Numbered from the stretch's first letter, positions 9,990-20,205 are shown. The stretch: 64,000 bases of DNA from Dehalococcoidia bacterium (GCA_965247295.1 CBDFGQ010000008.1:64080-128079), one strand, 5' to 3'. Translations and numbers: made by a program. Notes: generated by a model from the letters alone, not told the origin.

Positions 9990-10028
9990 GCGTCGCGTCC
10001 CACCCTTACCTATACATAGGAGGCGCCA

Positions 10029-11579
10029 ATGGCTTCGACACTGGTGCGGGGAAAGTACGTCATCTGCAAGGTCACGGGCCCCGACTCGGCTGAGGTTGTG
10101 TCCGATGGCGCGGTGTACCAGCGGGACGGCGAGATCATTGAGGTGGGGCGTTACGATGATCTACGGGCCAAGCACCCCAGCGAGGAGGTCATCGGCTCTT
10201 CGAAGTACGTGGTTATGCCGGGGCTGGTCAACGATCATTTCCACGTCGGCCTGACACCCGTCCAGATGGGGGCACTCGACCGTCCCCTGGAGCTCTGGGG
10301 TTTCGCGAGGATGGGTGCCAGACGCATCGACCCCTATCTGGACCAGCTTTATGGCGCCGTGCAGATGATCGAAACGGGGACCACCACCGTGCAGGCCATC
10401 CACGGGGGCGGACAGTGGTGGAGGCCCATGGACCCAGCGATAGCGGACAAGGCCATAAGTGCCTTTCTGGACTCGGGGATGCGCGTCTCCTACGCTCCCT
10501 CGGTACGTGACAAGGACGGTAGCGTTTCTGGAAGCCGCGGAGGGGAAGCGGAGCTGGCGGCTACCATGCCCGGTGACCTTGCCGAGCGGTTCCTGTCAAT
10601 GCACAGGCAGAGCTATGCTCCGGTTGATGAGCTGATGGGCAATCTGGAGCAGATCTGCTCCAAGTACGGTAACGATCGGTATGAGCGCATCAGGATCACC
10701 ATGGCCCCGAGCAACGTCCACCGCTGCTCCGACGCCCTGCTGGAGGCCTTCAGAAATATGGCCACCAAGTACAGCACGGGCATCCACATCCACCTCCAGG
10801 AGAGCGTTTACCAGAAGCTGTACGGGTTTCGTCTGTGGAACAAGACGCCCCTTCAGCACCTCCACGACCTGGGGTTTCTGGGCCCCGACGTGGTCTGCGG
10901 GCACAGCGTCTGGGTGACTGACGAGGACATCGAGGTGATGGCGGCGACGGGGACCAACGTCTGCCACAACGCCAGCTCCAATCTGAGGCTTCAGAGCGGT
11001 ATTGCCCCAGTGGGGCCGCTGCTCAAGAAGGGAATCAGGATAGCCATAGGTAGCGACGAGGCGGGGCTGAACGACGACAAGGACCTGTTCCAGGAGATGC
11101 GGCTGGTGCTGAAGATACACCGGGTGCCTGGAGTGGAGAACGTGCCGCCCACGTCCTACCAGGTGTTTCAGATGGCCACGGAGAACGGCGCCTATGCCAG
11201 CTGGTTCGGGGACAAGGTGGGTACGTTGGAGCCGGGGAAGCGTGCGGACATAGTGTTACTGAACCTTGAGAACATAGAGGAGCCGTACCTAGACCCGGAG
11301 GTGTCCATTGTGGACGCGGTGGTGCACCGTGGGCGGAGCCTGGACGTGGACACGGTGTTGGTGGACGGTGAGGTGGTGATGAGGGATAGGAAGCTTACCA
11401 AGGTTGACAAGGAAGACCTGTACAAGGAGATCAAAGCTGCCCTGGACCGGCCTCTGCAACCCGCAGAGGAAGACCGCAGGGATCTCGCGAAGAAGTTGGA
11501 GCCATATGCTTGGCGCTTCTACGAGGGTAACATTCCCCCGGACCCAACACCCCACAGCGTCTACAACGCCCGCTCCTGA
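10029..11579 (+). CDS. amidohydrolase-superfamily enzyme, paralog P3
   Basis: 516 aa with the same motifs as P1. The first ~195 nt and nt 10624-11462 are near-identical to P4. The central part is divergent. Confidence 0.9.
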   Translation: MASTLVRGKYVICKVTGPDSAEVVSDGAVYQRDGEIIEVGRYDDLRAKHPSEEVIGSSKYVVMPGLVNDHFHVGLTPVQMGALDRPLELWGFARMGARRIDPYLDQLYGAVQMIETGTTTVQAIHGGGQWWRPMDPAIADKAISAFLDSGMRVSYAPSVRDKDGSVSGSRGGEAELAATMPGDLAERFLSMHRQSYAPVDELMGNLEQICSKYGNDRYERIRITMAPSNVHRCSDALLEAFRNMATKYSTGIHIHLQESVYQKLYGFRLWNKTPLQHLHDLGFLGPDVVCGHSVWVTDEDIEVMAATGTNVCHNASSNLRLQSGIAPVGPLLKKGIRIAIGSDEAGLNDDKDLFQEMRLVLKIHRVPGVENVPPTSYQVFQMATENGAYASWFGDKVGTLEPGKRADIVLLNLENIEEPYLDPEVSIVDAVVHRGRSLDVDTVLVDGEVVMRDRKLTKVDKEDLYKEIKAALDRPLQPAEEDRRDLAKKLEPYAWRFYEGNIPPDPTPHSVYNARS

Positions 11580-11585
11580 CCGGAG

Positions 11586-11906
11586 TGTGGGCTGGGCACC
11601 GGCCGCTGGCGGATTATACTGCGCCGCATCCTCCCCAACTGCCTGTCCCTTTACATCGTCTTCTTCAGCATTACCGTGGGATTCGCCATCATAGGGGAGG
11701 CCTCCTTGAGCTTCCTGGGGCTGGGAGCGCCTCCGGATGTGCCATCGTGGGGCGGATTGCTTGCCCTGGTGTCCTTCAGATATATAGACCTGGCTCCGTG
11801 GATATCCATAGCCCCCGGCGCCCCCATAGCCATCGTGGTCTTCGCCTTCAACATGCTGGGGGATGCCCTGCGTGACGTGCTGGACCCCCGGCTAAGAGGA
11901 ACGTAA
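11586..11906 (+). pseudogene. 3' remnant of a DppC-like ABC permease gene (last ~105 codons only)
   Basis: Translation starting directly after the P3 stop gives GLGTGRWRIILRRILPNCLSLYIVFFSITVGFAIIGEASLSFLGLGAPPDVPSWGG...FNMLGDALRDVLDPRLRGT*. It aligns with the C-terminus of the intact permeases at 14889-15797 and 25262-26176. No N-terminal part or start context is present. Confidence 0.8.
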
Positions 11907-11988
11907 TAACTTGGATCAAGTGGGGGTACCCCTCGTGGCGTTGCTTTCCACTTGGTTTTTGTTGCTTTGATTTGGCCCTTCGACTAGG

Positions 11989-12018
11989 TTGACAGTCCCG
12001 TAACCGTTGTGATAGGCT
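11989..12018 (+). promoter_or_regulatory. candidate promoter of the SBP2 operon
   Basis: TTGACAGTCCC (same 11-mer as at 7684) ... TGTG-A-TAGGCT. Confidence 0.4.
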
Positions 12019-12071
12019 ATGGCCCGCGATCCACGGTTAGTGGATGAAATGCGTGTTACGGAGGCGAAACG

Positions 12072-13808
12072 ATGGCTAGTCGGTGGTTGCTGAAGACCCA
12101 TTGGTTGCTCATACTTCCTCTCATCGCGGTGATGATAATGGCGGTGGCTTGTGGAGAGGATGACACGCCAGTGCCCGTCGTCATCGAGAAGGAAGTGATT
12201 GTAGAGAAGGAAGTGATCGTGGAAGTGGTGGTAACCCCGACCGCTATGCCCGAGGTGAAGAAGGCACCCGACGCCATGATGGCACAGGATGGCGGTATTT
12301 TCGCCCTTCACAAGCACGGGGATGCGCGGCTACTGGACCCCCACGTGTCGTCTTCGGGCACGGAATCGGGGACCTTCGATTTCATGTATAGCCAGATCAC
12401 GGCGACCAGCAACCAGCCGCCCACGTCGGAGATAGTGGGAGACCTGGCCAAGAGCTGGGATGTAAGCGCCGATGGACTGGCCTACACCTTCAACCTGAAA
12501 GAGAACGTTAAGTGGTCCGACGGCGAGCCTCTGACTGCCGCGGACATCAAATTTAGCCTGGACCGCATAGTGATGGAGGGCGAGGTAAGGCCCAAGTCGG
12601 GGCTGCTGCGGACCTACTACGATAGTGCAGAGGTGGTGGACGACCTCACCGCGAAGGTAAACCTCAAGTTCGCGGCGGCGGCCTTCCTCCCCGGCCTCAG
12701 CTTCGTGAACATAAAGGTTCTCCCCAAGCACGTGCTTGACGCGGGGGTTGACATCGCCCTTAACCGGGAGAACATCGTCGGCTCGGGGCCCTACATCTTC
12801 ACTAAGCTCCGCAAAGGGGACAGCATCGAGCTGGAGAAGAACCCCAACTACCACAAGGATGGGCTGCCCCATCCGGATGGCGTCAAACAGTTCATCATCA
12901 CCGATACGGGGCGGACCATAGCGGCCTTCGAGGCCAAGCAGGTCATGGCGAGCAGCATAGCCTGGACCGGGCTGAGCACTCAAGACCATGTTGAGCTTGG
13001 CAAGAACAACGATCATATTACAACACACGTAGCGGCGGTGATGGGCTCAAACTCCATGTTCATCAACATCGAGGCGAAACCCCTGGACGACCCACGGGTC
13101 AGGAAGGCCCTCTTCCTCCTGATGGACCGCCGGCAGCACGTGAAGATATTCACCCTGGGTCAGGGTTTCCCCCATGGCGGACTGCCTTCCTGGCTGCCCT
13201 TTGGCAAGAGCCAGGAGGACTTGGCCGAGGTGCCCGGCTTCAGGTACACGGACGCCGGTGAGAAGCACCCCGACGACATAGCCGAGGCGAAGGCGCTCTT
13301 GGCCGATGCAGGACTCGGGGATGGCTTCGATCTTGAGATCACGGTAAGGCAGACGGGCCAGTACGCCGACCAGGCCGCCGTCGTCAAGGACCAGTGGGCT
13401 CCCTTCGGCATTAACGTGAAAATAAGGTCCATGGAGAGCGCCGCTGGGTTCGCCGCCTACGACGCCAGGGACTTCGAGGTTGGGATCATCAATACCGGGT
13501 TCCCTATCACCGACGCGGACGCGATCCTTGGCACCCTTTACATGCCCAACGGCGACATTAACTACGCCCACTGGGAAGACCCCAAGCTTAACGATTTCTT
13601 TACTAAGCAGGCGAACGAGCCGGACCCGGATAAGCGCATCCAGATCCTTGCGGAGGTGGATGATTTCCTTCTCAGCGGAGAGAACCACCTGATAGGGATC
13701 ATGTGGACGCCTTCCTTTTACACCGTGAGCAATAGTGTCATGGGCTGGCATAATCCCGGACCCACTGCCGCTGGCAACGTGTACGAGGCCATCTGGCTAG
13801 CGCAGTAA
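12072..13808 (+). CDS. ABC transporter substrate-binding lipoprotein, family 5, SBP2
   Basis: 578 aa. Lipobox-like IMAVAC-GEDD, a short EKEV tether (12168-12233) and an SBP_bac_5-like core (WSDGEPLTAADIKFSLDR, LEKNPNYHKDGLP). Confidence 0.9.
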   Translation: MASRWLLKTHWLLILPLIAVMIMAVACGEDDTPVPVVIEKEVIVEKEVIVEVVVTPTAMPEVKKAPDAMMAQDGGIFALHKHGDARLLDPHVSSSGTESGTFDFMYSQITATSNQPPTSEIVGDLAKSWDVSADGLAYTFNLKENVKWSDGEPLTAADIKFSLDRIVMEGEVRPKSGLLRTYYDSAEVVDDLTAKVNLKFAAAAFLPGLSFVNIKVLPKHVLDAGVDIALNRENIVGSGPYIFTKLRKGDSIELEKNPNYHKDGLPHPDGVKQFIITDTGRTIAAFEAKQVMASSIAWTGLSTQDHVELGKNNDHITTHVAAVMGSNSMFINIEAKPLDDPRVRKALFLLMDRRQHVKIFTLGQGFPHGGLPSWLPFGKSQEDLAEVPGFRYTDAGEKHPDDIAEAKALLADAGLGDGFDLEITVRQTGQYADQAAVVKDQWAPFGINVKIRSMESAAGFAAYDARDFEVGIINTGFPITDADAILGTLYMPNGDINYAHWEDPKLNDFFTKQANEPDPDKRIQILAEVDDFLLSGENHLIGIMWTPSFYTVSNSVMGWHNPGPTAAGNVYEAIWLAQ

Positions 13809-13834
13809 TCGCCTAGCTCTGAATGCGGGTATAC

Positions 13835-13880
13835 AACCGACCTGGGGCCTGAACTTACCACTTGGCCCCAGGTCGGTTGA
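13835..13880 (+). terminator. strong intra-operon hairpin (attenuator or mRNA-stabiliser candidate) between SBP2 and the permease
   Basis: Perfect 16-bp stem CAACCGACCTGGGGCC / GGCCCCAGGTCGGTTG with a 14-nt loop and only a weak T tract (ACTGTTTGTT). Confidence 0.6.
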
Positions 13881-13903
13881 CTGTTTGTTATAATGGAGTG
13901 GCG

Positions 13904-14863
13904 ATGACCACCTATGTGATGAAGCGGCTGTCACTCTTTGTCCCCACCCTTTTTCTTGTAACCGTCATACTGTTCCTACTCACCCGCATGGTCCCCGGCG
14001 ATCCCGCCCTACTTATCCTGCTGGGAGACATGGGTGAGGGCTCCTACACCCAGGAGGAGCTGGACAACCTGCGCCACGAGCTTGGAACGGATAGGCCCCT
14101 TGTCGTCCAGTACTACACGTGGGTATGGGACATGGGGCGGGGAGACTTTGGCCTGTCCATGTGGTACCGGGACCCGGTGTGGAACGAGATAAAGGACAAG
14201 TTCCCCACGACTCTGGAGCTGACCGTTTTAGCCTTCCTCATCAGCTTTGGGTTTGCCGTGCCCCTGGGCATCGTTTCCGCCATCAGGCAGGACTCGTGGT
14301 TTGACTATGCCGCCAGGATTTTCAGCATCACAGGGATAGCGCTTCCCACCTTCTGGGTCGCAATTTTGATTATATTTGTCCTGGTCAACTACTTCGATTG
14401 GCTACCGCCGATAGGTTATGCGGTGCTCTGGGAAGACCCCCTCACCAACCTTCAGCAGATGATCTTTCCCGCGGCTGTGCTGGGGTTTTACAATATGGCA
14501 TTTGTGGCCCGCGTGACCAGGTCCTCCATGCTGGACGTGATGCGGGAGGATTATATCCGCACCGCCAGAGCCAAGGGGCTGTGGGGGTTGGTGGTGATCA
14601 CCAGGCACGCCCTCAAAAACGCCTTCCTGCCGGTGCTTACCATCTCAGGCTGGCAGGTCGGACGTCTCATAGGTGGGACTATCATCATAGAGAGCATATT
14701 CCTGGTGCCGGGGATAGGAATAACGCTGATAGCGGGCGTAAATCATAGGGACTTCTCCATGATTCAGGCGATCGTCTTCCTGGTGGCGGTGGGGGTGCTC
14801 TTTCTGAATCTGGCAATAGACATGCTGTACGCCTGGATCGACCCGAGAATCCGGTACTCATGA
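13904..14863 (+). CDS. ABC transporter permease, DppB/OppB-like
   Basis: I prefer the ATG at 13904 (MTTYVMKRLSLFVPTLFLV). It has the typical N-terminal TM, a binding-protein-dependent transport signature region (YIRTARAKGL) and a C-terminal IDPRIRY. Confidence 0.9.
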   Translation: MTTYVMKRLSLFVPTLFLVTVILFLLTRMVPGDPALLILLGDMGEGSYTQEELDNLRHELGTDRPLVVQYYTWVWDMGRGDFGLSMWYRDPVWNEIKDKFPTTLELTVLAFLISFGFAVPLGIVSAIRQDSWFDYAARIFSITGIALPTFWVAILIIFVLVNYFDWLPPIGYAVLWEDPLTNLQQMIFPAAVLGFYNMAFVARVTRSSMLDVMREDYIRTARAKGLWGLVVITRHALKNAFLPVLTISGWQVGRLIGGTIIIESIFLVPGIGITLIAGVNHRDFSMIQAIVFLVAVGVLFLNLAIDMLYAWIDPRIRYS

Positions 14864-14888
14864 TCCTTTAGAGAGATAGGGAGCGATT

Positions 14889-15797
14889 TTGGGTAGTCAG
14901 AGGGGAATCGCCGAGGCCGTTCGGGGCAGCCCTTTAAGCATGCGGCGATTGTCCGCTTTTCTAGGCGTGATCGCCACCTTTTCCAGGCGCAAGCCCCTGG
15001 GAGCCATTGGTGCCGCTATAGTGGTGCTCCTCATACTGACGGCCATATTTGCGCCCTTTATCGCGCCCCATGACCCCGACAAAGTGAACTCCGATTTCAT
15101 CTACGCGCCGCCCAGCAGCACGTTCCTCGTGGGTACAGACCAGATAGGGCGCGACACCTTGAGCAGGCTCATCTATGGGGCACGCGTGTCGCTGTACGTG
15201 GGCATAGTCAGCGTGCTGATCGGGGCTACCATGGGTACCCTCCTGGGCATCATCAGCGCCTATTTCGGAGGACTGACGGACCTCTTCCTCCAGCGGATCC
15301 TGGACGCCCTCATAGCCTTTCCCAGCATTATCTTTGCTATGGCCATCATGGCCGCCCTGGGTGCCTCCCTGGAGAACGTGATCATCGCCCTGGTCATTAT
15401 TTTCATGCCGGGCGCCGCGCGGACCCTGCGGTCCCGCGCCCTGAGCTTGAAGGAGATGGACTTCGTTCTGGCGGCCAAGGCCGTGGGCGCTGGAGACTGG
15501 CGTATCATTCTCCGCCACATCCTCCCCAATTGCATGTCGCTCTACATCGTTTTCTTCACTATCACGGTGGGATTCGCGATTCTGGTGGAGGCCTCCCTGA
15601 GCTTCCTTGGGCTGGGTGCGCCGCCCGAGGTGCCCACCTGGGGCGGTATGCTTACCGATGCCGCGAGCAAGTACATCAAGCTGGCGCCCTGGTTGGCAAT
15701 ACTTCCGGGTGTCGCCGTAGCTTTGGTGGTGTTCGGGTTTAACCTGCTGGGTGACGCCCTGCGGGACGTGCTCGATCCCAGGCTGCGCGGCACATGA
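14889..15797 (+). CDS. ABC transporter permease, DppC/OppC-like
   Basis: 302 aa. The TTG start is kept because the N-terminus (SQRGIAEA) aligns with the paralog at 25262 (NQRGVAEEA). C-terminal motif LGDALRDVLDPRLRG. Confidence 0.85.
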   Translation: MGSQRGIAEAVRGSPLSMRRLSAFLGVIATFSRRKPLGAIGAAIVVLLILTAIFAPFIAPHDPDKVNSDFIYAPPSSTFLVGTDQIGRDTLSRLIYGARVSLYVGIVSVLIGATMGTLLGIISAYFGGLTDLFLQRILDALIAFPSIIFAMAIMAALGASLENVIIALVIIFMPGAARTLRSRALSLKEMDFVLAAKAVGAGDWRIILRHILPNCMSLYIVFFTITVGFAILVEASLSFLGLGAPPEVPTWGGMLTDAASKYIKLAPWLAILPGVAVALVVFGFNLLGDALRDVLDPRLRGT

Positions 15798-16035
15798 CCT
15801 TTGGGGTCAGGCGCCGCGCCCTGCCCGGTTATTCCGCTGCCCCTTGATTTCCAGTCCTCTTCCTATTACTATATGAGAATGTAATTGGGCTTCAGGGGCG
15901 GCTAACGGCGCTGCCCCACGAGGATAACGGGGTCTCCTTTAACTTAGCGCGTACATTGCCCAATCGGCGGCTAGCTGGTAAGGGTCTGGTTGGTCGACTC
16001 TTAAAAGATTCGTAACACCTAGTGAGGAGGGAAGC

Positions 16036-17445
16036 ATGGCTAAGAATGACATGGCTCTTATGGCCCACCTGATGCGGCGGGCCGGCTTCGGGGCCACCAG
16101 GGAGGAGCTGGAGGGGTACGTGGCCCAGGGGTACGAGGCCACGGTTGAGTGGCTGCTGCATCCCGAGAAGCAACCCGACTGGGACGAGGACCTGTACACC
16201 CGGATCTATCCCGAGTGCCAGGACCTGACGGCCCTGCCGGCAAATCAGATCATGTGGGTATACAGGATGATCAATACCAAGAGGCCTCTGCAAGAGAAGA
16301 TAGCCCTCTTCTGGCACGGGTTGCTGGTCACCGGGGACGCCAAGGTTAATATGGGGCCGACGACCCGGAAGCACCTGGAGATGTACCGTCGATGCGGTCT
16401 GGGAAGCTATCGGGACCTGCTGATGGAGATATCCACGGACCCGTCCATGCTCTACTTTCTGGACAATGTGGAGAGCCATAAGGGTACCGTTAACGAGAAC
16501 TACGGCAGGGAGCTGTTGGAGCTGTTCTCCATAGGCGTTGGGATGGATGGGAATATTAACTACACCGAGGACGACGTGAAGGCCTGCTCCCGGGCCTTCA
16601 CCGGGTGGAACATAGCTCCAACCATAGGATATGGGGGGATACCGTGGGAGTTCCAGTACGACCCGGCGGACCATGATGATGAGGAGAAGACCTTCCTTGG
16701 GGAGACTGGGCGGTGGAACGGGGAGGACATAGTCGACATCCTCGTGCGCCAGCCGTCCACGGCGCGGTTCATCTCCCGGCACCTGTACGATTTCTTTGTA
16801 GCCGACGAGGCGGAGGTGCCGGCATGGAAGGACACGCCACCCCGGGACATGGAGGCCGTCGTCATCCTGGAGAAGGCCTTTGTAGAGAGCAACTACGACA
16901 TGCGAGAGGTGATGAGGGTACTGTTCAACTCCGAGTTCTTCAAGGAGTCCCGCTTCCAGAAGATCAAGAGCCCCGCGGAGGTTGTGGTGGGGACCTTGAG
17001 GTTGGTGGGGGACTTCACCCAGCCCAAGCCAGGGCTGTTCGACATCGCCATGGAGGTCAACTACATGGGGCAGGAGTTGGGGAACCCGCCCACGGTGGAG
17101 GGGTGGCACACCGGGAAAGAGTGGATCAACAGTGGTACCCTGGTGGACCGCACCAACTTCGTGACGGGACAGCTCGAGAGGATCGACCAGCCCGGGGTGC
17201 GGGACATCGTAGACCGGGTGATGGCCCGTGGGGACGCCGTGACCCCCGAAGGTCTGGTGGAAGGATGCCTGGACATGCTGGGATCGGTGGAGGTAACGGA
17301 GAAGACTCGCAACTCCCTGTTGGAGCACGCCAAGAGTGGCGGGCCCTTGAGCAGGGAGACCGAGGATGAGAGGGCCAAGTTCGCCCGGAGAGTGGGGCAG
17401 ATGCTCCAGATGATCTCCGCTTCGGCCGAGTACCAGTACGGCTAG
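16036..17445 (+). CDS. DUF1800 domain protein
   Basis: 469 aa. MAHLMRRAGFGAT, NENYGRELLELFSIGVG and WHTGKEWINSGTL. RBS GAGGAGGGAAGC-ATG. Confidence 0.85.
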   Translation: MAKNDMALMAHLMRRAGFGATREELEGYVAQGYEATVEWLLHPEKQPDWDEDLYTRIYPECQDLTALPANQIMWVYRMINTKRPLQEKIALFWHGLLVTGDAKVNMGPTTRKHLEMYRRCGLGSYRDLLMEISTDPSMLYFLDNVESHKGTVNENYGRELLELFSIGVGMDGNINYTEDDVKACSRAFTGWNIAPTIGYGGIPWEFQYDPADHDDEEKTFLGETGRWNGEDIVDILVRQPSTARFISRHLYDFFVADEAEVPAWKDTPPRDMEAVVILEKAFVESNYDMREVMRVLFNSEFFKESRFQKIKSPAEVVVGTLRLVGDFTQPKPGLFDIAMEVNYMGQELGNPPTVEGWHTGKEWINSGTLVDRTNFVTGQLERIDQPGVRDIVDRVMARGDAVTPEGLVEGCLDMLGSVEVTEKTRNSLLEHAKSGGPLSRETEDERAKFARRVGQMLQMISASAEYQYG

Positions 17446-17628
17446 CCGCAAACGCTGAGATCCAATTTGGGGGCCGTGTTTACGGATGTACCAGTCCGAC
17501 GTGGTGCCAATGGAGGTCCAGCTAATCCAGGACGCCATGTGAGCAGGTTGTGTGGGTTGCTCCCCGGCTAAGCGCAGCTGGCAATGGGCTAAGAAAGCCC
17601 GCAAAAACGCGAGAGAGGCGAGGTAGAA

Positions 17629-18615
17629 ATGACCGTTAGGTGGTTCGGCGTAACGTCTCGAATATTTCACTACACCCATTCGATGGGCCGATTCTCCTTT
17701 GGTGGGTCCGGATTTATGCATCCCATGGACGTGGCCGTTGGGCAGAACGGCCTACTTTACGTGGCCAACAGCTCCCGGCAGGGCCGGCCCGATGGCGTGC
17801 GGATTACGATGTGCACCGTTGACCAGGACTACGTGTCGGAGTTTGGCTCCTTCGGCGAAGGGGACAGCCAGTTCATCTGGCCCATGGGCATTGCCCTCGA
17901 CGGGGATGAGAACGTATACGTCTCCGACCAGTGGCTGAACCGGATTTCCGTATTCAACAAAGACGGTGAGTTCCTGTCCAAGTGGGGAGTAGCAGGGATG
18001 GGCGATGGGGAGCTAGGTCAGCCTTCGGGTATCGCCTTTGATGGAGAGGACAATCTCCTCGTCGTCGACACCAATAACAACAGGGTCCAGAAGTTTACCA
18101 AGGACGGGAGACTGCTTGCCAATTGGGGAGAGGCAGGAAGCGGCCCGGGCCAGTTCAACCTTCCGTGGGGAATCGCCGTTGACGACAAGGGCGACGTTTA
18201 CGTGGCCGACTGGCGCAACGACCGGATACAGAAGTTCAGCGCGGAGGGCGAGTACCTGGCCGAGTTTGGCTCTTCGGGAAGCGGTGTGGGGCAGTTCAAT
18301 CGTCCTGCTGACGTGGCCGTCGACAAGGAGGGGGACATCTACGTCGTGGACGGGTGGAACAACAGGGTGCAGGTTCTTGCGCCTGACGGGCGCCACGTGA
18401 CCACCTTCATCGGAGATGCCACCGTGTCCAAGTGGTATCAGGAGTCGCTGGACGCCAACCCCGAACTGGTCAAGGTGCGCCAACTGGTGAGGAACAACGA
18501 ATCCGAGATGCGCTTCTGGAATCCGGTGGCGGTGGAGATCGACCCCGACGGGCGCGTACTGGTGGTTGACTGTCCACGGCATCGAATTCAGTTTTATCAG
18601 AAGGATAATTACTGA
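17629..18615 (+). CDS. NHL-repeat beta-propeller protein
   Basis: 328 aa with repeated units such as GQFNLPWGIAVDDKGDVYVADWRNDRIQKF and GQFNRPADVAVDKEGDIYVVDGWNNRVQVL. Confidence 0.85.
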   Translation: MTVRWFGVTSRIFHYTHSMGRFSFGGSGFMHPMDVAVGQNGLLYVANSSRQGRPDGVRITMCTVDQDYVSEFGSFGEGDSQFIWPMGIALDGDENVYVSDQWLNRISVFNKDGEFLSKWGVAGMGDGELGQPSGIAFDGEDNLLVVDTNNNRVQKFTKDGRLLANWGEAGSGPGQFNLPWGIAVDDKGDVYVADWRNDRIQKFSAEGEYLAEFGSSGSGVGQFNRPADVAVDKEGDIYVVDGWNNRVQVLAPDGRHVTTFIGDATVSKWYQESLDANPELVKVRQLVRNNESEMRFWNPVAVEIDPDGRVLVVDCPRHRIQFYQKDNY

Positions 18616-18673
18616 TTGCGGCTAGCGGGCTGATGGTGGTCGCCCTCAGACTGGTGGGTGGATCGACAAAAGG

Positions 18674-19549
18674 TCACCAGAGCGCGATCTCCATCAGCTC
18701 ATCTGCCAGAATGATCTCTCCGCTGTATATTTGCGAGACATTCCTTAGAGCCTCCTCTCTGAAGGCGGGCTCGTACACATGACCACCGCTGTGAGTGATT
18801 ATTAGCTTCCTGGCGCCGGCACGATGTGCCATAGTGGCGGCATCGGCAGTCCCCTGTTGGCACGCCGTCACGTTACTCTCCGATTTTTCTCCCACTCCAC
18901 CACCACAGTGGGCGCACGCATTCGCAACAAGGACATCGGTCCCCTGACCGAACTCGCTCACCGCATCGACATCATCCGTATCGCCGGCGAACACGATGGT
19001 CCCATCAGCGCATTCTACTCGGTAGGCCAGGGACTCCAGCCAGGGCTGCACGTGATGCACCGTGGCCGCGGTCACTGTCCATCCGTTGTGCGCCGTCACC
19101 TTTCCTGGGCCAACATCGGTTACCTCCACAGATGGGTATGATCGCGGTAAGGTGCCGCCTCTTCTGACGTGGGCGCGTTGGCTAAGGGGGTTTTCCACTC
19201 GAGTCTTCAGGTCATGGGCGAAGGCTCCGTTTGGCCCGATGAGCCGATCGGTGATCAGCTCGGTGAGGACCGGCCCGAAGACCTGCAGCTGATTGTCCTC
19301 ACCGATACTATGGTACCAGCGGGTCAGCAGGAAGCATGGATAGTCCGTGTCGTGGTCGGAGTGGTGGTGTGTGAAGAAAAGGAAGTCGATTTGATTAGGG
19401 AAGAGGCCGGCGTTTACAAGCTTGTAGGTGCTGGCCGGCCCGCAGTCAAACATCAGGAAATCGTTGTTTAGCTGTAAAATACTACAGCTTCCGAATCGGT
19501 TCTTTTGGGGCATCGGAGTGCCCGCGCCCACTATGTATAGCGTGCTCAT
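18674..19549 (-). CDS. MBL-fold metallo-hydrolase (RNase Z/BN-like)
   Basis: HxHxDH motif (FFTHHHSDHDTDY). I prefer the ATG at 19549 (GGAGAGGA about 10 nt upstream), which gives MSTLYIVGAGTPMP. Confidence 0.85.
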   Translation of the reverse strand: MSTLYIVGAGTPMPQKNRFGSCSILQLNNDFLMFDCGPASTYKLVNAGLFPNQIDFLFFTHHHSDHDTDYPCFLLTRWYHSIGEDNQLQVFGPVLTELITDRLIGPNGAFAHDLKTRVENPLSQRAHVRRGGTLPRSYPSVEVTDVGPGKVTAHNGWTVTAATVHHVQPWLESLAYRVECADGTIVFAGDTDDVDAVSEFGQGTDVLVANACAHCGGGVGEKSESNVTACQQGTADAATMAHRAGARKLIITHSGGHVYEPAFREEALRNVSQIYSGEIILADELMEIALW

Positions 19550-20176
19550 ACTCGTCATCCTCTCCACTTAGTCCTTGCGAAGTAAGCTCTCCCTCAGGAT
19601 GTTTAGGCCACCTTAGTTATATGATTCTGCACAACATCTTAATGTAATGTCATCGTTAGGTGTCCAGACCCGTCGGGACGACTCAGCATCTGGGGCGGGG
19701 GTTGCTTGGGACTCACTCGTGAGCTCGCCAGAATCCTCGCTTCACTGGGAATGACATCGGTCAAGGTCTCTGTGTCGAAGTACTTAGGACACCTCTGGGC
19801 CGGGATTTCCCTCTCCAGACTGCTTGGGCTTACGGATGGTGCGTCTGCGACGAGAGCCATGGTACTATCACTCACAAATGCCGTCAACCGTCCTATAAAC
19901 GACCAGTCATGCTCAGCCCCTGGGAGAGCCGACCGACCCAAAAAGTTGCCAAGGCTGTAGGCCAGAATGAGAATCTGGAGGCGCGCCTGGCTGGACAGGT
20001 TCCCCATGGTTGGCCGTTTCGATAGTTGTGGTCTCCATCATCTGGCTGGGCGACCCTCTGCGGGCGTACTGGACCAGCGGCTTTCGGGACCGTAGTAAGG
20101 GGCGCTACAGGTTCTAGACGCCTTTTGGGGTAACGGCACCGCTACCAGTGGTCCATCGCCCTACTGTTGACGCCTC

Positions 20177-20205
20177 TTGACACCTGTACACCAGTGTGTG
20201 ATGAT
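20177..20205 (+). promoter_or_regulatory. candidate promoter of P4 (duplicate of the P3 promoter)
   Basis: The same ttgacacctgtacaccagtgtgtgatgat sequence as at 9961. Confidence 0.4.

Noticed and set aside
13876-13893. TTGACT and a perfect TATAAT just upstream of the permease gene at 13904.
   Set aside because: The two hexamers are only 6 nt apart and the TTGACT is part of the hairpin stem, so this is not a workable sigma70 geometry. The TATAAT alone cannot be called a promoter.
15892-17721. A 609-aa minus-strand ORF, the longest unannotated ORF in the track.
   Set aside because: It is antisense to the DUF1800 gene and to the start of the NHL gene, both of which have recognisable motifs. 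Its composition is Pro/Gly/His/Leu-rich, typical of high-GC shadow frames, and it has no RBS.
19570-20176. A ~600-bp gap between the MBL hydrolase and P4, containing a 122-aa minus-strand ORF (19639-20007) and an 84-aa plus-strand ORF.
   Set aside because: Neither has a recognisable motif or RBS, and they overlap each other. The region may be a degraded gene or a duplication seam, but I cannot support a call.
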